Below are positions 1-9,180 of a stretch of 64,000 nt of DNA, in pieces. The number at the start of each line of letters is the position of its first letter. Positions within the stretch are counted from its first letter, which is position 1. The notes beneath the pieces are model-generated. The model was not told where the DNA came from and ran no database searches. It was given only the letters and a program-made list of their open reading frames with translations. Origin of the DNA: an uncultured Nitrospirales bacterium (GTDB lineage: Bacteria > UBA10199 > JADGCS01); the NCBI GenBank assembly GCA_964609965.1, contig CAZSTS010000003.1, positions 67,260-131,259 on the forward strand, read 5' to 3'. A program made the position numbers and the translations under genes.

Positions 1-1
1 A

Positions 2-709
2 AAATATCAAATTTTCTATGACCGTTCTTTGGCTATTGTCTTTCAAGGCATGACAGGTGCCAATAAATCTGATTACCATACAGTCAATATCAATATAGAA
101 CGTGATTTAGGTCTTAAAAACGATCCTTCATTTGAACGATTTGAGGACCTTTCGACTGTGAAGGAAGGTGATGCTTGTCCTCGTTGTAAAACAGGCAAGC
201 TCACTCTCATCAGAGGCATTGAAGTTGGCCATATTTTCAAGCTTGGCGATGTTTATGCCAAACCCATGAAAGTTCATTTCCTAGATAAAGATGGCAAAGA
301 AAAGGTCCCTGTCATGGGTTGCTATGGAATTGGTGTCGGCCGCACCATGGCTGCCAGTGTCGAACAAAACCATGACGAAAATGGTATTATTTGGCCAAGA
401 GCTTTAGCACCTTTTGATATCCATCTGATGAATCTTGATAAATCTGAAGAAAGCGCAGAAACAACCCAAGAACTCTACGCCAAATTACAGCAGAGTGGCT
501 TTAAGGTTTTGTGGGATGACCGCGATGAGCGCGCTGGTGTAAAATTTAATGATGCAGACCTTATTGGTGTTCCTTTACAGGTCATGGTTGGTAAAAAATG
601 CCTCGCTCGTGGGTGTTATGAATATAAAATCCGTAAAGATGGCACGAGGGGAGATGTGGAATGCCCAAAGGTTATTGAAGAGGTTGGGAAGATATTGGAG
701 AAATTGTAA
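2..709 (+). CDS. proS: prolyl-tRNA synthetase, C-terminal part (5' end lies outside window)
   Basis: Frame is open from the window edge. Class II ProRS C-terminal and anticodon-binding region motifs are present (GCYGIGVGRTMAASVEQNHDENGIIWP, FKVLWDDRDERAGVKFNDADLIGVP). The track ORF 29..709 starts at an internal TTG only. Confidence 0.8.
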   Translation, partial: KYQIFYDRSLAIVFQGMTGANKSDYHTVNINIERDLGLKNDPSFERFEDLSTVKEGDACPRCKTGKLTLIRGIEVGHIFKLGDVYAKPMKVHFLDKDGKEKVPVMGCYGIGVGRTMAASVEQNHDENGIIWPRALAPFDIHLMNLDKSEESAETTQELYAKLQQSGFKVLWDDRDERAGVKFNDADLIGVPLQVMVGKKCLARGCYEYKIRKDGTRGDVECPKVIEEVGKILEKL

Positions 710-711
710 TT

Positions 712-772
712 GTAGGGGCGACCCCCTGTGGTCGCCCGTACTTTTCGGGCAGGCACAGGGACCTGCCCCTAC
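712..772 (+). terminator. GC-rich multi-hairpin element after proS (GTAGGGGC...GCCCCTAC outer stem, inner GCGACC/GGTCGC and GGCAGG/CCTGCC hairpins); probable terminator or REP-like element
   Basis: Inverted repeats read directly from the sequence. GC-rich in an AT-rich genome. No clear T-tract follows. Confidence 0.4.
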
Positions 773-791
773 ATGTTAATAAAAGAAAAAT

Positions 792-1745
792 ATGCGAAAT
801 CATCTAATAGAATATATCGATAAAGGTACGAGTGGCAGTGTTCGTGGTCTAAGAATTATGGGAGAATATTTTTACGCCCTTGATCAGCTCAAATCTGTGT
901 TACGACCCGATGTAAAAGTTGTCGCTGTTTTTGGCTCTGCCAGACTCAAAGAAGATGATCGCGAATACAAAACAGCAAAGCTTTTGGGCCGGAGCCTTTA
1001 TGACAATGGTTTTGCCGTTGTGACTGGGGCTAGTTCTGGTATCATGCAAGCAGCCAACGAAGGTGTTTATGACGGTGTTTTAGCAGAATTTAAGAGTGCT
1101 GGAAAATATAAGAATATTAAAGAAATAAAAAAGTCAGCTGAGTTTAAAAGAAAACTCATGGATTATTCTTTTGGACTGAAGATTTCTTTGCCATTTGAAA
1201 AAGAATCTAATCCTTTTTTAGGCAATATGACGACTTTTCATTATTTCATGGTACGTAAATTTTATTTTGCAAAGATTTCAAGTGCTTTTATTGCTTGCGA
1301 AGGAGGGTGGGGGACTCGTGATGAACTTTTTGAGATCATGACGCTCGTTCAAACAGGAAAAGCTCCTCTCATGCCCATTATTTATGTTTCGCCTACTCCA
1401 GGACACTTTGAAACCGATATCAATTATGCTGTCAAAAAGAAATACTTGGCACCAGAGGATCGTGATCTCATTAGCATTGTTCCTAGTTACAAGTACGCTG
1501 TGAGAATCATCAAAAAGTTCTATCGTTATGTGAAGTATATTTCTTATGATAAAGTGAATCATATTCAAATCTTTCTTGAAAAGGACCTTACAAAGGAGCA
1601 AAAAAATAAGATTACTCGCATTGTAGAAAAGAAATACAAGGATGTTTTTACCGGAGGGGTTAGGTTTTATAAAAATAAATTCGAATTAAGGGGTTATGTC
1701 CATAAATCCTATGGCATTGTCCGGAAAATAATTGATAGCCTCTAA
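792..1745 (+). CDS. LOG family / PpnN-like Rossmann-fold nucleotide-binding protein (long form)
   Basis: TIGR00730-type motifs: VFGSARLKEDD...AVVTGASSGIMQAANEG and CEGGWGTRDELFE (the LOG PGGxGTxxE motif). The 317 aa length includes a central insertion and a C-terminal extension. Confidence 0.55.
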   Translation: MRNHLIEYIDKGTSGSVRGLRIMGEYFYALDQLKSVLRPDVKVVAVFGSARLKEDDREYKTAKLLGRSLYDNGFAVVTGASSGIMQAANEGVYDGVLAEFKSAGKYKNIKEIKKSAEFKRKLMDYSFGLKISLPFEKESNPFLGNMTTFHYFMVRKFYFAKISSAFIACEGGWGTRDELFEIMTLVQTGKAPLMPIIYVSPTPGHFETDINYAVKKKYLAPEDRDLISIVPSYKYAVRIIKKFYRYVKYISYDKVNHIQIFLEKDLTKEQKNKITRIVEKKYKDVFTGGVRFYKNKFELRGYVHKSYGIVRKIIDSL

Positions 1746-1934
1746 TCAACTCTAAGACCCTGTCTTTATTACAATAAATGCAATTTGGTCTGCTGTGTTA
1801 TGGCTTTCTCAGAAAAGGAGTGACAGGTCTTTTTTTAACAATTATAGACCCGCTACTTTTAACAGTGCTTGAATAGACCCAGGTAGTTCTGTTTTTCAAC
1901 TGTCCCAGCTTGTATTCAAAATTGAGGTTTAAAT

Positions 1935-3770
1935 ATGAAGAAATGCTTCTACCAGATTCAAACCCCAGAAGAAGTAAAGGCTCTTCCCGTTCGAGAGCTC
2001 GATCAACTTTCACAATCACTTAAAAAAGATATTATCCAGCATACATCAATGAACGGAGGCCATATCGCACCGTCATTAGGGTGTGTTGATATCATTGTTG
2101 CGTTTCATCGTGTCTTTGAAACCCCAAAAGATAGCATTGTCTTTGATGTGGGGCACCAAGCCTATGCCCATAAAATGCTAACTGGCAGACGTTTGCATTT
2201 CTATACGCTGAGGAAAGAAAACGGCATATCAGGATTCACAACTCCTTCTGAATCAGAACACGATGCTTTTGGATCAGGTCATGCTTCTACCTCTATTTCT
2301 CTTGCTCTAGGCATTTTAGAAGGGAAGAAAAGAAATCATAATAACCATCATGCCATAGCTGTTATTGGCGATGGATCTCTTACAGGTGGGTTAGCCTTTG
2401 AGGCCTTGAATCATGCTGGCGAACTCAAACGAAATCTCATTGTCATACTCAATGATAATGAAATGAGCATTGATGAAAACGTCGGTGGATTGAAGGATTC
2501 TCTGAAAATGCACAGGGCAAAGGATTATTTTAATGCCTTGGGTGTTGATTATTGGGGCATGGAAGACGGACATGACATTCCTAAAATGGTTAAACTTTTT
2601 GAACGGGCTAAGCATCACAAAAATCCGCTCGTTATTCATCTTAAAACAGTAAAAGGGAACGGTTATAAGCCAGCTCTAGAAAACAAAACAAGATTTCATG
2701 GTTGTGGCCCATTTGATCTTGAGACAGGTGCTCCTATTCAATCATCTCAAGCAAAGCCCAAATATCAAGATTTGTTTGCACAAACTCTCATAGAATTAGC
2801 CAGTGTTGATGACAAAGTCATGGCAATAACAGCTGCCATGCCTAATGGCACTTCCTTGAATAGGTTTAAAAAGGTTCATCCAGACAGATTTTATGATGTA
2901 GGGATTGCAGAACCACATGCCGTGGAATTTGCTTGTGGGCTTGCTACGCAGGGCTTTAAACCGTTTGTTTGTATTTACTCAACTTTTTTACAAAGAGCTT
3001 ATGATCAATTGGTTCATGATGTGGCTGTGCATAATCTGCCAGTAACCATTTGTATGGATCGCGGAGGTCTTGTTGGTGATGATGGCGTCACTCACCAAGG
3101 TGTATTTGATTTTGCTTTTTTGAGATCAATCCCAAATTTTGTTGTGATGGCTCCAAAAGATGAGGTGGAGCTACAGCATATGTTAGAAACAGCTCGTCTT
3201 TATGATGGTGGGCCTAGCAGTATTCGTTTTCCACGGGGAGAAGTCACAGGCAAACCTTTGCCTAATAAACTTAAACAAATTCCTATTGGAAAAGCCGAAC
3301 ATGTCTATGGCAATCCTTTTGGTGATATTTTGATTTGTGCCATTGGTCATCCTGTTAACAGTGCTATTGAAGCGGCAAAAATATTAGAAGCAGAATGTAG
3401 TATTGATGTGAGCGTGATCAATTTAAGATTCGCAAAACCTCTCGATAAAAAAATGATATTAGATTTTTCGCGGCGATTTAGAGCTGTTATTACCGTTGAA
3501 GAAGGTGCTATCCAGGGTGGTGTTGGCTCAGCTATTCTTGAACTCTTAAGCGAAAATTCTCTATTAAGGCCTTGCAAGGTTTTAGGAGTGCCAGACGAAT
3601 TTATTGCTCATGCTACGCAGAATAGGCAAAGAGAAATCTGCGGGATAGATAAAGAGTCAATAGTGCAGGCTGGAATCGATATATTAGAAGAGAACGTCAA
3701 TCGCGACAAACAAGAAAAACCAAGTAATGTTACAGAGTTACTGCCTTATCGGGCTTTAAATCAAAAATAA
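1935..3770 (+). CDS. dxs: 1-deoxy-D-xylulose-5-phosphate synthase
   Basis: 611 aa. TPP-binding GDG motif (AVIGDGSLTGGLAFEALNHAG). Transketolase-like pyrimidine-binding and C-terminal domains. N-terminal LPVRELDQLSQSLKKDII is typical of Dxs. Confidence 0.9.
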   Translation: MKKCFYQIQTPEEVKALPVRELDQLSQSLKKDIIQHTSMNGGHIAPSLGCVDIIVAFHRVFETPKDSIVFDVGHQAYAHKMLTGRRLHFYTLRKENGISGFTTPSESEHDAFGSGHASTSISLALGILEGKKRNHNNHHAIAVIGDGSLTGGLAFEALNHAGELKRNLIVILNDNEMSIDENVGGLKDSLKMHRAKDYFNALGVDYWGMEDGHDIPKMVKLFERAKHHKNPLVIHLKTVKGNGYKPALENKTRFHGCGPFDLETGAPIQSSQAKPKYQDLFAQTLIELASVDDKVMAITAAMPNGTSLNRFKKVHPDRFYDVGIAEPHAVEFACGLATQGFKPFVCIYSTFLQRAYDQLVHDVAVHNLPVTICMDRGGLVGDDGVTHQGVFDFAFLRSIPNFVVMAPKDEVELQHMLETARLYDGGPSSIRFPRGEVTGKPLPNKLKQIPIGKAEHVYGNPFGDILICAIGHPVNSAIEAAKILEAECSIDVSVINLRFAKPLDKKMILDFSRRFRAVITVEEGAIQGGVGSAILELLSENSLLRPCKVLGVPDEFIAHATQNRQREICGIDKESIVQAGIDILEENVNRDKQEKPSNVTELLPYRALNQK

Positions 3771-3882
3771 AAATACTTATTTTAGAAGAGGTTATTAGAA
3801 AAAGAGCTTTGCTTTTCTGTGCTTAATTGAATTAAAGACTTTTGGCTGGTTTGCAGCAGTATATACAATTGAGGAGTATGTT

Positions 3883-5172
3883 ATGTTTTCATCTGAGAGG
3901 AAAATTTCCGTTATTGGTCTTGGGTATGTTGGTTTTCCAATTGCTGTTTTATTTGGAAAACTTGGAAAGGCCATTGGTTTTGACGTCAATGAAAAACGGA
4001 TAAAAGAGCTTAAGTCAGGGAATGATTGGACGCTAGAAGTTAGCAAAGAAGAATTAACCCAGGCAGATATTCATTACACAAGTGACCCCAAAGATCTTGC
4101 ACAAGCAAATTTTCATATCATTGCTGTTCCTACTCCTATTACAGAAGCTAAACAACCTGATCTTGTTCCCCTTTATTTGGCATCTGATACTGTTGGAAGC
4201 GCTCTTAAAAAAGGTGATATTGTTGTTTATGAATCTACAGTGTATCCTGGAGTGACCGAAGATGAATGTATTCCTATACTCGAAAAGGTTTCAGGACTAA
4301 AAGCTGGTGTTGATTTTAAAGTGGGTTATAGCCCTGAGCGTGTTAATCCAGGGGATAAGGAGCGAACCTTAGATAAAATTACTAAAGTTGTTTCAGGTCA
4401 AGATCCAGAAGCCTTAAAAATTATTTCCGAAACATACGCAAAGATCATCAAAGCACCTATTCACCCTGTTTCTTCTATCAAAGTGGCTGAAGCAGCCAAG
4501 GTTATTGAAAACACTCAAAGAGATCTTAATATTGCTTTGATGAATGAATTAGCTGTTATCTTTGACAAGGTTGGCATTGATACTAATGAGGTTATTGATG
4601 CAGCAGGAACAAAATGGAACTTTCTTCAATTTAGGCCAGGACTTGTTGGCGGACACTGTATTGGTGTTGATCCTTACTATCTTACACATAAAGCAGAAAA
4701 ACTAGGGTATCACCCACAAGTTATTTTAGCGGGGAGACGTATCAATGATGGTATGGGCAAGTTTATTGCGAATCAAACAGTGAAAAACATGATTCAGACT
4801 GGGCACGATATTGTGCATAGTAGCGTTATTGTATTAGGTGTTACATTTAAAGAGAATTGCCCTGATTTAAGAAACTCTAAGGTTGTTGATATTGTTAATG
4901 AGCTAAAGAGTTTTGGTGTTGATGTTCAGATCCACGATCCAGTCGCTGATCCTGCTAATGTAAAAAGAACCTGCGGCGTTGAACTCACAAAATTTGAAGA
5001 TCTTAAACCTGCTTCTGCTATTGTGGTTGCTGTAGCCCATGAGGACTATCAAAAACTCATGCCAGAGGATCTACAAAAGATTTCTGTTCCTCAAGCTGTC
5101 ATTGTTGATGTGAAAAATACATTTCAAAAAAAGAATTTAGAGGAATTAGGCTTTCGCATTTGGCGATTGTAA
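3883..5172 (+). CDS. wbpA: UDP-N-acetyl-D-glucosamine (or -mannosamine) 6-dehydrogenase, nucleotide-sugar dehydrogenase family (WbpA/TviB/WecC-like)
   Basis: 429 aa. N-terminal Rossmann motif ISVIGLGYVGFPIAVLF. Catalytic-Cys region GGHCIGVDPYYL. Central and C-terminal UDPG/MGDP dehydrogenase domains. Confidence 0.8.
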   Translation: MFSSERKISVIGLGYVGFPIAVLFGKLGKAIGFDVNEKRIKELKSGNDWTLEVSKEELTQADIHYTSDPKDLAQANFHIIAVPTPITEAKQPDLVPLYLASDTVGSALKKGDIVVYESTVYPGVTEDECIPILEKVSGLKAGVDFKVGYSPERVNPGDKERTLDKITKVVSGQDPEALKIISETYAKIIKAPIHPVSSIKVAEAAKVIENTQRDLNIALMNELAVIFDKVGIDTNEVIDAAGTKWNFLQFRPGLVGGHCIGVDPYYLTHKAEKLGYHPQVILAGRRINDGMGKFIANQTVKNMIQTGHDIVHSSVIVLGVTFKENCPDLRNSKVVDIVNELKSFGVDVQIHDPVADPANVKRTCGVELTKFEDLKPASAIVVAVAHEDYQKLMPEDLQKISVPQAVIVDVKNTFQKKNLEELGFRIWRL

Positions 5173-5191
5173 TTTCCGTTGTTAATCAAAG

Positions 5192-5206
5192 AACGACAGT
5201 CGACCT
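5192..5206 (+). repeat. intergenic repeat fragment (AACGACAGTCGACCTG) of the CGACAG/GTCGAC family
   Basis: Shares the GTCGACAGTC core with the elements at 8729 and 9181. Confidence 0.4.
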
Positions 5207-5428
5207 GATCAAGGATGATTCTATCCAAAAATTTACACATACCAAAGACATCACCTCCGCGTGCTCACCCGTCCACCTTTATCATTCAGCTAGTATAAGC
5301 CAATAAAAACAATTAGTTAACATGATGTTTTCATGCTCTCATGGGCTCACTTGAATCTTGACAAACAGAAGCCCTATGATAATAACGAGCAAAAATATTA
5401 CTCAAAATACAAACAAGAGAAAAAGATT

Positions 5429-5953
5429 ATGTTAGAATCCATCATCACATCAAAATCTAGGGTTAAGGTCCTCCTTAAGTTTTTTTTGAATCCAGCCATT
5501 AAAGCATATCTTCGTGAGATATCAGCTGAGTTTGGTGATTCGACTAACTCTGTTCGCGTAGAACTCAACAGATTGGTTGGGGCCAAACTTTTAAAGATTC
5601 AAAAGAACGGGCGTAATATTTATTATTCAGCCAACCAGGAACACCCGCTCTATCCAGAGATTAATAAGATTTCCAGAAAAGTCACCGGTGTTGACAAGGT
5701 TTGTGAATGGATTTCCTCTATAGGAAATATGCAGAAGGCCTATCTATCTGGTGATTATGCTCGTGGCATTGATAGTGGTGTTGTTGATGTCATTCTGATT
5801 GGCAATATTGATAAAAAAGCTGTTTTTGAAAAAGTGGGGCGTATTGAAAAATTCATTAATAGAAAGATTCGGCCGCTTGTTCTCACAGAGAAGGAATTTG
5901 AAGCCATGAGCGAGAAATTGCAGAATCAAAAATTATTAAAATTGTGGGGATAA
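5429..5953 (+). CDS. winged-helix DNA-binding protein with C-terminal minimal nucleotidyltransferase-like motif (putative regulator)
   Basis: N-terminal ArsR/MarR-like wHTH (VRVELNRLVGAKLLKIQKNGRNIYYS). C-terminal GDYARGIDSGVVDVILIG resembles the Pol-beta/MNT NTase signature G[SD]xARGxxxxxSD[IV]D. Start chosen at ATG 5429; the track start 5333 is also possible. Confidence 0.45.
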   Translation: MLESIITSKSRVKVLLKFFLNPAIKAYLREISAEFGDSTNSVRVELNRLVGAKLLKIQKNGRNIYYSANQEHPLYPEINKISRKVTGVDKVCEWISSIGNMQKAYLSGDYARGIDSGVVDVILIGNIDKKAVFEKVGRIEKFINRKIRPLVLTEKEFEAMSEKLQNQKLLKLWG

Positions 5954-5956
5954 ATA

Positions 5957-6436
5957 GTGAATAATTGGTATGTGATAAATATCAAACCTCAAAAAGAGAA
6001 TCATGTGACAAAAAGGCTGACTGATGTCGGATTTGAGATGCTAAATCCTAAGGTCAAAGACTTTGCGAGTAAACTCAAACCCATGTTTCCCAATTATATT
6101 TTTACGCGTTGTAATTTTAGTGCCTCTACCAATTATCACATGATTAAATATACACGTGGTGTAAACAAGATTCTTGGAACCTCTCAGACCCCAGTTTCTA
6201 TTTCAGAGGATATTATCAATATTATTAAAGAGCGCTTAAATTCTGATGATGTATTGGAACAAAACAAATTAGCGGTTGGGAGCCAGGTGAAAGTAAAAAA
6301 AGGATTACTCAAAGACCTTATTGCTGTGATTGAAAAGCCTGTTTCTGCTGAGGGTCGGGTAGCTGTCTTATTACGATTGTATGAAAGAGAGATGAAAGCC
6401 AAACTGAGTGTGAAGGATGTTGAGTTAGTGGCCTAG
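5957..6436 (+). CDS. rfaH: RfaH-like NusG paralog (operon-specific transcription antiterminator; NGN + KOW domains)
   Basis: 159 aa. The conserved-residue pattern aligns with E. coli RfaH (WY..I..KP...H...RL, PMFPNYIF, TRGV, KOW GSQVKVKKGLLKDLIAVIE, GRVAVLLRL). A perfect ops element lies 91 nt downstream. Confidence 0.75.
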   Translation: MNNWYVINIKPQKENHVTKRLTDVGFEMLNPKVKDFASKLKPMFPNYIFTRCNFSASTNYHMIKYTRGVNKILGTSQTPVSISEDIINIIKERLNSDDVLEQNKLAVGSQVKVKKGLLKDLIAVIEKPVSAEGRVAVLLRLYEREMKAKLSVKDVELVA

Positions 6437-6462
6437 GCCTTGGGCCTTGAGCCAATGTTTTA
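6425..6462 (+). terminator. GC-rich palindromic hairpin (GGCCTAGGCCTTGGGCCT) plus TTTT after the rfaH-like gene; possible partial terminator
   Basis: Palindromes seen in sequence, with a short T-run after them. Confidence 0.3.
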
Positions 6463-6526
6463 GAAATTTAGTGAATAGAAAAACACATAACTGCTTAATT
6501 TTAAAGGCGTAAGTAAAAACGTCAAT

Positions 6527-6538
6527 GGCGGTAGCGTG
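6527..6538 (+). promoter_or_regulatory. ops element (GGCGGTAGCGTG), RfaH recruitment site in the leader of the downstream polysaccharide operon
   Basis: Exact 12/12 match to the E. coli ops consensus GGCGGTAGnnTG. It sits on the non-template strand, in a 189-nt untranslated gap between the rfaH-like gene and the wbpB-like gene. Confidence 0.65.
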
Positions 6539-6545
6539 TTTGGAT

Positions 6546-6604
6546 TAGCTAACGGCCGACAGCCCACTGCTAACAGCCAAAATTTGGCTGTCAGTTGTTA
6601 GTAG
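6546..6604 (+). repeat. JUMPstart-like intergenic repeat module (TAGCTAACGGCCGACAGCC...CAGCCAAAATTTGGCTG hairpin)
   Basis: Shares a consensus with the gaps at 7577, 8729 and 9181. Contains a perfect 17-nt palindrome at 6574-6590. Confidence 0.55.
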
Positions 6605-6625
6605 TAAACTTGAAAGGACAAATAC

Positions 6626-7576
6626 ATGAAAAAAGTAGCATTAGTAGGCTGTGGTCGTATTTCAAAACGTCACATTGAAGCAATAAAGGACTGTTCAAAT
6701 CTTAAAATTTCCAGTGTTTGTGATATTGATGTGAACAAAGGCCAGCCCATTTCAATGGAATTAGATGTGCCTTTTGTCAAAGATTATAAAGAAATCACAA
6801 ATGCAGATATTATTTCAATACTCACTCCGTCTGGATTGCATCCCAAGCACGCCATTGAAGTAGCTGAGAACACGGACGCAAAATACATCGTTATAGAAAA
6901 ACCTATTTCACTCACGCTGCGTGAGGCTTATGAGCTTTATCATCGTGTAGATAAGGCTGGTAAAGTCTTGCTCCCTGTTTTTCAAAATAGGTATAACCCT
7001 TTAGTTGATTACATCAAAAAACTTATAGACACAGGAAAGCTCGGTCGTGTGTATCAGTTTATTTCAGATGTGTTGTGGAATCGAAATGATGAGTATTTTA
7101 ACATTGGTTGGCATGGCACAGCTACTTTAGATGGCGGTGTGCTTTACACACAGGCCAGTCATTATGTAGATATGGTTCATTATTTTTTTGGAGAGGTTGA
7201 AGAAGCTCATGGTATTGGCAGTGATTTTAGAGGATTTGATGTTTACGATTCTGTATCTGCCGTATTAAAGTTCCAGAATGGAGTGCATGGCAGTATCAAT
7301 TGTACAGTCAACGCTTTTGGAGAAAACTATTGTACAGAGTTTACGCTCATTGCAGAAAAAGGAACAATTAGATTATCTGGAACTAATCTAAACTCAATAG
7401 CTTATTGGAAGGTGGATGGGATCAAAAAACCAGATATGGAATTTCACCTAGATCATGTGTATGGAAATGGTCACAATACACTTTATAAATACATAGAAGA
7501 AGAAAAATGGGATATGTTCCCAACTAAAGACGATGTGTTATCTGGGATTCGTCTCATGGAAAAAATAAGTTATTAA
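6626..7576 (+). CDS. wbpB: Gfo/Idh/MocA oxidoreductase, UDP-N-acetyl-2-amino-2-deoxyglucuronate 3-dehydrogenase (WbpB-like)
   Basis: 316 aa. N-terminal Rossmann motif VALVGCGRISKRH. EKP motif. Gfo/Idh/MocA C-terminal domain. Same length as WbpB, and its position in the pathway fits. Confidence 0.75.
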   Translation: MKKVALVGCGRISKRHIEAIKDCSNLKISSVCDIDVNKGQPISMELDVPFVKDYKEITNADIISILTPSGLHPKHAIEVAENTDAKYIVIEKPISLTLREAYELYHRVDKAGKVLLPVFQNRYNPLVDYIKKLIDTGKLGRVYQFISDVLWNRNDEYFNIGWHGTATLDGGVLYTQASHYVDMVHYFFGEVEEAHGIGSDFRGFDVYDSVSAVLKFQNGVHGSINCTVNAFGENYCTEFTLIAEKGTIRLSGTNLNSIAYWKVDGIKKPDMEFHLDHVYGNGHNTLYKYIEEEKWDMFPTKDDVLSGIRLMEKISY

Positions 7577-7650
7577 TAGCTGACGGCTGACTGCAAACAG
7601 TCTACAGCCAGAATTCTGGCTGTTAGCTGTGAGCTGTAGGCTGTTGACAG
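7577..7650 (+). repeat. JUMPstart-like intergenic repeat module (TAGCTGACGGCTGACTGC...CAGCCAGAATTCTGGCTG...TAGCTGTGAGCTGTAGGCTGT)
   Basis: Contains a perfect 18-nt palindrome at 7605-7622 and a TAGCTGTRAGCT motif. Confidence 0.55.
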
Positions 7651-7653
7651 TTT

Positions 7654-8733
7654 ATGAAATTCGTAGATCTTAACAAACAATATCAAGCTTATAAAACAGA
7701 AATTGATGCAGCAATAGCTGAAACTATTGATAAAACAGCTTTTATTAATGGCCCTGCTGTTAAGGAATTAGAAAATGACTTAGCAGCTTATGCGGGTGTG
7801 AAAAATGCTGTGGCCTGTAGTTCAGGAACAGATGCTTTGCTTCTTGCTATGATGGCACTCGATGTTAAATCGGATGATGAGATTATTGTGCCTACATTTT
7901 CTTTTATAGCCACAGCTAGCATGATTCCAATTTTAAAGGCTAAACCTATCTTTGTTGATGTTGAGCCAATGACTTTCAATATCGATCCAGAAAAGATTGA
8001 AGAGAAGATTACTTCTAAAACAGTCGGCATTATTGGTGTGTCAATGTATGGCCAATGCTCTGATTATGACAGGATCAATGAGATTGCGGATAAGCACGAC
8101 TTATGGGTGATCGAAGATGGCGCTCAGTCATTTGGTGCTACATACAAGGGTAAAAAATCTTGTTCCATGACGACCATGTCTACGACAAGTTTTTTTCCAG
8201 CAAAGCCACTTGGTTGCTATGGTGATGGCGGTGCGATTTTTACAAATGATGATAGTCTGGCCCAGTCTCTGATGATTTTAAGAAATCATGGACAGGCAAA
8301 GAGATATCATCATGATATTATTGGTTTAAATGGACGAATGGATACGCTTCAGGCGGCTATTTTAAGAGTCAAATTAAGACATTTTGATGAAGAAATTAAA
8401 CTGAGGAACAAGGCTGCCGCGCTTTACACGGAGTTTTTACATAACTTTGTAGAAACCCCAGAAGTGAAATCAGAGAATTACTCTTCTTGGGCACAATATA
8501 CAATTAAAGCGGAAAAGAGAGATTCTTTACGACAGATTTTAAGCGATGCAGGCATACCCAGTTCTGTTCATTATCCCTTGCCTCTGAGTGAGCAGAAAGC
8601 GTTTTCTTGTTATAAGAATGGTGAAACATTTCCTGTAGCAACACAGTTATGTAGTGAGGTGATGAGTTTGCCCATGCACGCTTTTATTACCGAAGAAGAA
8701 ATACAGACAGTTTGTAAAGCCATTAAGGGCTAA
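7654..8733 (+). CDS. wbpE: DegT/DnrJ/EryC1 PLP-dependent aminotransferase (WbpE-like UDP-2-acetamido-2-deoxy-3-oxo-glucuronate aminotransferase)
   Basis: 359 aa. DegT-family fold. Lysine region SFFPAKPLGCYGDGGAIFTND. Confidence 0.75.
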   Translation: MKFVDLNKQYQAYKTEIDAAIAETIDKTAFINGPAVKELENDLAAYAGVKNAVACSSGTDALLLAMMALDVKSDDEIIVPTFSFIATASMIPILKAKPIFVDVEPMTFNIDPEKIEEKITSKTVGIIGVSMYGQCSDYDRINEIADKHDLWVIEDGAQSFGATYKGKKSCSMTTMSTTSFFPAKPLGCYGDGGAIFTNDDSLAQSLMILRNHGQAKRYHHDIIGLNGRMDTLQAAILRVKLRHFDEEIKLRNKAAALYTEFLHNFVETPEVKSENYSSWAQYTIKAEKRDSLRQILSDAGIPSSVHYPLPLSEQKAFSCYKNGETFPVATQLCSEVMSLPMHAFITEEEIQTVCKAIKG

Positions 8734-8802
8734 CGGTCGACAGTCAACAGCCAACTGCTGATGGCCAGAAAGATCAATCGTTTGCAGTTAGCTGTAAGCT
8801 AA
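8729..8802 (+). repeat. JUMPstart-like intergenic repeat module (GCTAACGGTCGACAGTCAACAGCC...TAGCTGTAAGCT)
   Basis: Shares a consensus with the other gap elements. Flanks the four-helix-bundle gene. Confidence 0.55.
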
Positions 8803-8809
8803 ACAAATT

Positions 8810-9172
8810 ATGTTTCAAGCAAAATATGAAAAACTGGATGTCTGGCAAGAATCTATAGTTTTAACAGAAGATATTTATAAACTTTTACAGAGCTTTCCAA
8901 AATCTGAATTGTTTGGAATGATATCTCAGCTTAAAAGATGTTCTGTTTCTATTCCATCAAATATTGCAGAAGGTTCTTTAAGAGGCTCAGACAAAGAATT
9001 TATCAGATTTTTATACATTGCATTAGGTTCTATTGGAGAACTACATACGCAATTAATATTATCAGAGAAATTAGGATACATAAAAAGTAATACATTCGAC
9101 ATAAGTAGAATACACTCTCTAAGAAAGAAGTTGTATTCGCTTATTTCATCCATCAGAAAAAATTTGAGCTAA
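8810..9172 (+). CDS. four-helix-bundle protein (23S rRNA intervening-sequence protein family, TIGR02436-like)
   Basis: 120 aa. Hallmark N-terminus (YEKLDVWQESIVLTEDIYKLLQSFPKSELFGMISQLKRCSVSIPSNIAEGS). Confidence 0.75.
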   Translation: MFQAKYEKLDVWQESIVLTEDIYKLLQSFPKSELFGMISQLKRCSVSIPSNIAEGSLRGSDKEFIRFLYIALGSIGELHTQLILSEKLGYIKSNTFDISRIHSLRKKLYSLISSIRKNLS

Positions 9173-9180
9173 TGATCTAT

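Noticed and set aside
1798-2019. Minus-strand 73-aa ORF overlapping the dxs start region
   Set aside because: Antisense to the well-supported dxs N-terminus and gap. Low-complexity translation. No RBS.
3771-3882. Possible terminator or promoter between dxs and wbpA
   Set aside because: Only weak, short inverted repeats (GCTGgtttgCAGC). No convincing stem/T-tract or sigma70 hexamer pair.
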